Of a stretch of 39,179 nt of DNA, positions 35,913 through 39,179 are shown in pieces. A program made the position numbers and the translations under genes. The DNA lies in contig JACQAX010000029.1 of the NCBI GenBank assembly GCA_016194795.1, forward strand, positions 1 through 39,179. The letters are read 5' to 3'. Position 1 is the first letter of the stretch. Every line of letters begins with the position of its first letter. This DNA is from Deltaproteobacteria bacterium. Lineage in GTDB: Bacteria; Bdellovibrionota; UBA1018; UBA923. Under the pieces are notes generated by a model. It searched no databases. It worked only from the letters and a program-made list of their open reading frames with translations, and had not been told where the DNA came from.

Positions 35913-38080
35913 TTCGCGCCTCCCGCCGTTTTCACGGCGCCACTGTCCTCGACGGTGTGGCCCAGGCGCTGGAGATAGGCGATCAGCGCCACGATCTCCT
36001 TGTCGTCCATGCCCTTCGGCGCGCCCTGGCGTTCGAGCTCGGTGGCGATCGCCTTCGCGTCTTCGCGCGCGGCCGTCTCGGCACGCTCGATGTCGCGGTC
36101 CGAGTACGGCACGCCAACCGTGCGCATCACGGCGAGCTTCCTGGGCAGCACCGCGAAGTCGGTCTTGTCGCGGGCAAGCCACGAGTATTCCGGCATGATC
36201 GACTTCGGCGTCACCTCGCGCGGGTCGAGCATGTGGCGGAAGTGCCAGAGGTGCGGGTACTTGCCGCCCACGCGCGCCAGGTCGGGACCCGTGCGCTTCG
36301 AGCCCCACTGGAAGGGGTGGTCGTAGAGCGAGTCCTCGGCCGTCGAGGGCTTGCCGTAGCGCAGGAGCTCGTCGGCCATCGGCCGGATTTCCTGCGAGTG
36401 GCAGAGATAGCAGCCCTCGCGCACGTAGAGATCGCGGCCCGCGAGCTCGAGCGACGAGTACGGCCGCACCGTCACGTTGATCGGCACGTAGTTGTGCGCG
36501 GTCAAGGTGGGGAGCAGCTCGATCACCGTCCCGACGAGAATCGCGAGCACCGCGAGCGTCGAGAAGACCATCGGCAGGCCCTCGAGCGCCCGATGCGGCT
36601 TCTCCTCGGTGAGCATCTTCACGACGTCGGTCTTGAGCGCCGGCGCCTGCTGCGCCTCGGGCGCCACGGCCTTCGGGGCAAGCGCGATCGTCCGGGCGAG
36701 GTTGTAGGCCATGATGATGAAGCCCACGAGGTAGAGCGTGCCGCCGACGGCGCGTACCCAGTAGAGCGGCACGATCTTGATGACCGTTTCGATGAAGTCG
36801 GGGTAAACGAGCTTGCCGCTCGCGTCCATCGCCCGCCACATCATGCCCTGGGTGATGCCGGCCACCCACATCGATACGACGTAGAGGAGGATGCCGAGAA
36901 AGCCGGTCCAGAAGTGGGCGTTGGCCAGGCGCTCGCTATAGAGCTTCGTGCGCCAGAGCCGCGGCACGAGATAGTAGAGCATCGCGGCCGTGAGAAAGCC
37001 GTTCCAGCCGAGCGTGCCGCCGTGGACGTGGCCGATGATCCAGTCCGTATAATGGCCGATGGCGTTCACCGACTTGATCGAGAGCAGCGGGCCCTCGAAG
37101 GTCGCCATGCCGTAGAAGGTGAGCGAAGCGACGAAGAACTTGAGGATGGGTTCGGTGCGCACCCGGTCCCAGGCGCCGCGAAGCGTGAGCAGGCCGTTGA
37201 TCATGCCGCCCCAGCGCGGGGCCCAGAGGATGACGCTGAAGACCATGCCGAGCGTCTGCGCCCACTCGGGCAACGCCGTATAAAGAAGGTGGTGCGGGCC
37301 GGCCCAGATGTAGATGAACACGAGCGACCAGAAGTGGACGATCGAGAGCCGGTAGCTGTAGACGGGCCGGTTCACCGCTTTGGGAACGTAGTAGTACATG
37401 AGACCGAGAAACGGCGTCGTCAGGAAGAAGGCGACGGCGTTGTGGCCGTACCACCACTGCACGAGCGCGTCCTGCACGCCGGCATAGACCGGGTAGCTCT
37501 TGAAGAGCGTGACGGGGAGGTTGATCGAGTTCACGACGTGCAGCACGGCGACGGTCACGATCGTGGCGATGTAGAACCAGATGGCCACGTAAAGATGCTG
37601 CTCGCGCCGGCGCTGGAGGGTGCCGAAGAAGTTCACGGCGAAGGCCACCCACACGACGGTGATGGCGATCTTGATCGGCAGCTCGAGCTCGGCGTATTCC
37701 TTGCCGACGGTGATCCCGAGCGGCAGCGTCACGGCGGCGGCCACGATGATGAGCTGCCAGCCCCAGAAGTGAAAGTTGCTCAGGAAGTCGGAGTAGAGGC
37801 GGCTCTTGAGCAGCCGCTGCGTCGAGTGGTAGATGCCCGCGAAAATCGCGTTGCCGGCGAAGGCGAAGATTGCCGCGTTCGTGTGCAGAGGGCGCAGCCG
37901 GCCGAAGGTCGTCCAGGGGAGCCCCAGGTTGAGCTTCCAGTTGGCGAGCTGAAGCGCGGCCACGACGCCTACGAGCATCGCCACCACGCCCCACACGATG
38001 GTGGCGAGCGCGAACTTTTTGACGATCTCGTCGTCGTAGTAAAACGTTTCCATGACCTGCTTGTCGTTGTCGGTGCTCAT
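35909..38080 (-). CDS. ccoNO: fused cbb3-type cytochrome c oxidase subunits I and II (CcoN-CcoO)
   Basis: The 723-aa N-terminal ~470 aa is a heme-copper subunit I (12 TM; [27 protein letters not shown]). The C-terminal part is CcoO ([14 protein letters not shown]...[19 protein letters not shown]...W...H...P). Confidence 0.92.
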   Translation of the reverse strand: MSTDNDKQVMETFYYDDEIVKKFALATIVWGVVAMLVGVVAALQLANWKLNLGLPWTTFGRLRPLHTNAAIFAFAGNAIFAGIYHSTQRLLKSRLYSDFLSNFHFWGWQLIIVAAAVTLPLGITVGKEYAELELPIKIAITVVWVAFAVNFFGTLQRRREQHLYVAIWFYIATIVTVAVLHVVNSINLPVTLFKSYPVYAGVQDALVQWWYGHNAVAFFLTTPFLGLMYYYVPKAVNRPVYSYRLSIVHFWSLVFIYIWAGPHHLLYTALPEWAQTLGMVFSVILWAPRWGGMINGLLTLRGAWDRVRTEPILKFFVASLTFYGMATFEGPLLSIKSVNAIGHYTDWIIGHVHGGTLGWNGFLTAAMLYYLVPRLWRTKLYSERLANAHFWTGFLGILLYVVSMWVAGITQGMMWRAMDASGKLVYPDFIETVIKIVPLYWVRAVGGTLYLVGFIIMAYNLARTIALAPKAVAPEAQQAPALKTDVVKMLTEEKPHRALEGLPMVFSTLAVLAILVGTVIELLPTLTAHNYVPINVTVRPYSSLELAGRDLYVREGCYLCHSQEIRPMADELLRYGKPSTAEDSLYDHPFQWGSKRTGPDLARVGGKYPHLWHFRHMLDPREVTPKSIMPEYSWLARDKTDFAVLPRKLAVMRTVGVPYSDRDIERAETAAREDAKAIATELERQGAPKGMDDKEIVALIAYLQRLGHTVEDSGAVKTAGGAK

Positions 38081-38232
38081 CTTGCTTTCCTTTCAGAGTC
38101 GTCGAGAAGAATTCGGTAGGCCGGCGTATCAAGGTCGTCGTACTGGCCGTGGCGGCCGGCCCAGACGAAGGCGGCCACGAACGAGGAGGCCAGCAGCAGC
38201 GCGATCGGCAGCAGGAGCAGCACGATGCTCAT
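38077..38232 (-). CDS. ccoS: cbb3 oxidase maturation protein CcoS/FixS
   Basis: [45 protein letters not shown] is the canonical CcoS. There are ATGA overlaps with both the ccoI stop and the ccoNO start. Confidence 0.85.
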   Translation of the reverse strand: MSIVLLLLPIALLLASSFVAAFVWAGRHGQYDDLDTPAYRILLDDSERKAR

Positions 38233-39179
38233 GCGGCCTCCTGGAGCCGGGGGGCCGGCGCGGGCGCGGGCGCCTTCAGCGTCCGGCGGAGCTTTCTCGT
38301 CCCCCAAAGCGACGAGGCGAAAACCGTGAACGCGCTGAGTGGCATCAGCAGCGCGGCGAAGAGCGGCGAAACGTGCCCCGTGGCCGCGGCCAGGCCGCCG
38401 GCGACGTTATAAAGGAGAGAGAAGGCGAAGTTGCGATGGATCGTGGCCATCGTCTCTTTGGCGATTCGCACGAGATCGACGACCGGCGCGAGGCCGGGGC
38501 GGGTGACGTACACGTCGGCGGCGCGCAGGCTGACCTCGACGCTGCCGTGGACGGCGATGCCGACGTAGGCCGAAGCGAGCGCGAGCGCGTCGTTGGCGCC
38601 GTCACCGACCATGAGCGCGCGCGGCTCACTCTCGGCGAAGCGGCGCTTGTCCTCGGGCGTGGCGCCGGAGACGACACGGGCCGAGTCGATGTGGAGCGCG
38701 GCCGCGGCGGCGTGCACCGGCCGGTAGTTGTCGCCCGAGACGATGTACGGCACGAGCCCCATTTCGCGGAGCTTCGAGACGCAGCGGGCGGAGTCGGGCC
38801 GGATGCGGTCGCCGAAGTAGGCCTCGGCGACCAAGGTGTTTTCCCGGTAGACGGCGCAGGCGGAGCTCTCCGCCTCTCGAAGCGGACGGATCGAATATAG
38901 CTGTCCGCCGACGAGCGCGCCGACGCCCTGGCCCGGGCGCTCGTCAAAGGATTCGATGGCGGGAACGGCCTGGCGGAGCTTCGGCTTGAGGTACTCGACG
39001 AGCGCCTTGCCGATCGGGTGCGCCGATTTTTCCTCGATGGCGTAGACCGCCTCTTTCAAGCCGGGAGTCGAGCCGAGCTCGACCCAGTCGAGCACCTCGA
39101 ACGTGCCTTGGGTCAGCGTTCCGGTTTTGTCGAGCACGACGCTCTCCACGCCGCTGATCCGCTCGAGCGCCTCGGCGCC
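38229..39179 (-). CDS. ccoI: heavy-metal (Cu) P1B-type ATPase CcoI/FixI, 5'-truncated by the window edge
   Basis: The reading frame is open to the window end ([23 protein letters not shown]). It contains DKTGT phosphorylation, GDGANDA hinge and C-terminal TM helices. The track 'M' at 39149 is an internal GTG. Confidence 0.88.
   Translation of the reverse strand, partial: GAEALERISGVESVVLDKTGTLTQGTFEVLDWVELGSTPGLKEAVYAIEEKSAHPIGKALVEYLKPKLRQAVPAIESFDERPGQGVGALVGGQLYSIRPLREAESSACAVYRENTLVAEAYFGDRIRPDSARCVSKLREMGLVPYIVSGDNYRPVHAAAAALHIDSARVVSGATPEDKRRFAESEPRALMVGDGANDALALASAYVGIAVHGSVEVSLRAADVYVTRPGLAPVVDLVRIAKETMATIHRNFAFSLLYNVAGGLAAATGHVSPLFAALLMPLSAFTVFASSLWGTRKLRRTLKAPAPAPAPRLQEAA

Noticed and set aside
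35957-38119. 720-aa plus-strand ORF opposite ccoNO, plus the overlapping ORFs 34714..36198 (+), 35556..36869 (-) and 36936..38132 (-)
   Set aside because: These are antisense or off-frame to a gene with clear heme-copper oxidase and CcoO motifs. Their sequences are Arg/Glu/Asp/Gly-rich low-complexity.

Overview
GC-rich chromosomal segment, probably from a diderm bacterium: OmpA-family protein, lipoproteins with lipoboxes, and a cbb3 oxidase cluster. I saw no rRNA, tRNA, CRISPR array, transposase or integrase. The main feature is one ~12.4 kb gene (2860..15246, +) encoding a ~4,100-aa Sec-signal protein. Its order is: about 16 Ig-like repeats with a Cys-rich insert, a CarboxypepD_reg/TTR-like domain, NHL blades, more than 25 YD repeats, an RHS core with a Y.Y..N.P.N..DP.G cleavage-type motif, and a 176-aa Gly/Ala-zipper hydrophobic C-terminal domain. 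A small 2-TM membrane protein gene follows 22 nt downstream (15269..15844). I read this as a polymorphic RHS toxin/immunity pair with a teneurin-like domain order and a predicted membrane-active toxin tip. G+C drops sharply from about 12.2 kb to about 15.9 kb, covering most of the YD shell, the toxin and the immunity gene, which suggests a swapped-in foreign module. No T6SS, TpsB or other dedicated secretion gene is in the window. Other content: dbpA, an S4-like gene, an acetoacetate-decarboxylase-like gene, an SNF2 helicase whose N-terminus lies in a different frame, yaeQ, ygiD-like DOPA dioxygenase, rutE-like nitroreductase and an envelope gene set (lipoproteins, beta-barrel, OmpA). There is also a mini-operon of two micropeptides (23 and 33 aa) plus a membrane protein, and an ArsR/YgaP-rhodanese/MBL/OsmC operon with a leaderless-type promoter and operator. 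The remainder is a PlsC-like acyltransferase, a translationally abutted PRTase-patatin pair, a soluble PAS histidine kinase, an EEP-family gene, and a minus-strand cluster ccoI(partial)-ccoS-ccoNO(fused)-ccoQ-like/ccoP-ccoG-TauE/DsbD_2. The ccoQ-like/ccoP junction also shows a frame discontinuity. The many long ORFs antisense to these genes are treated as GC-rich artefacts.
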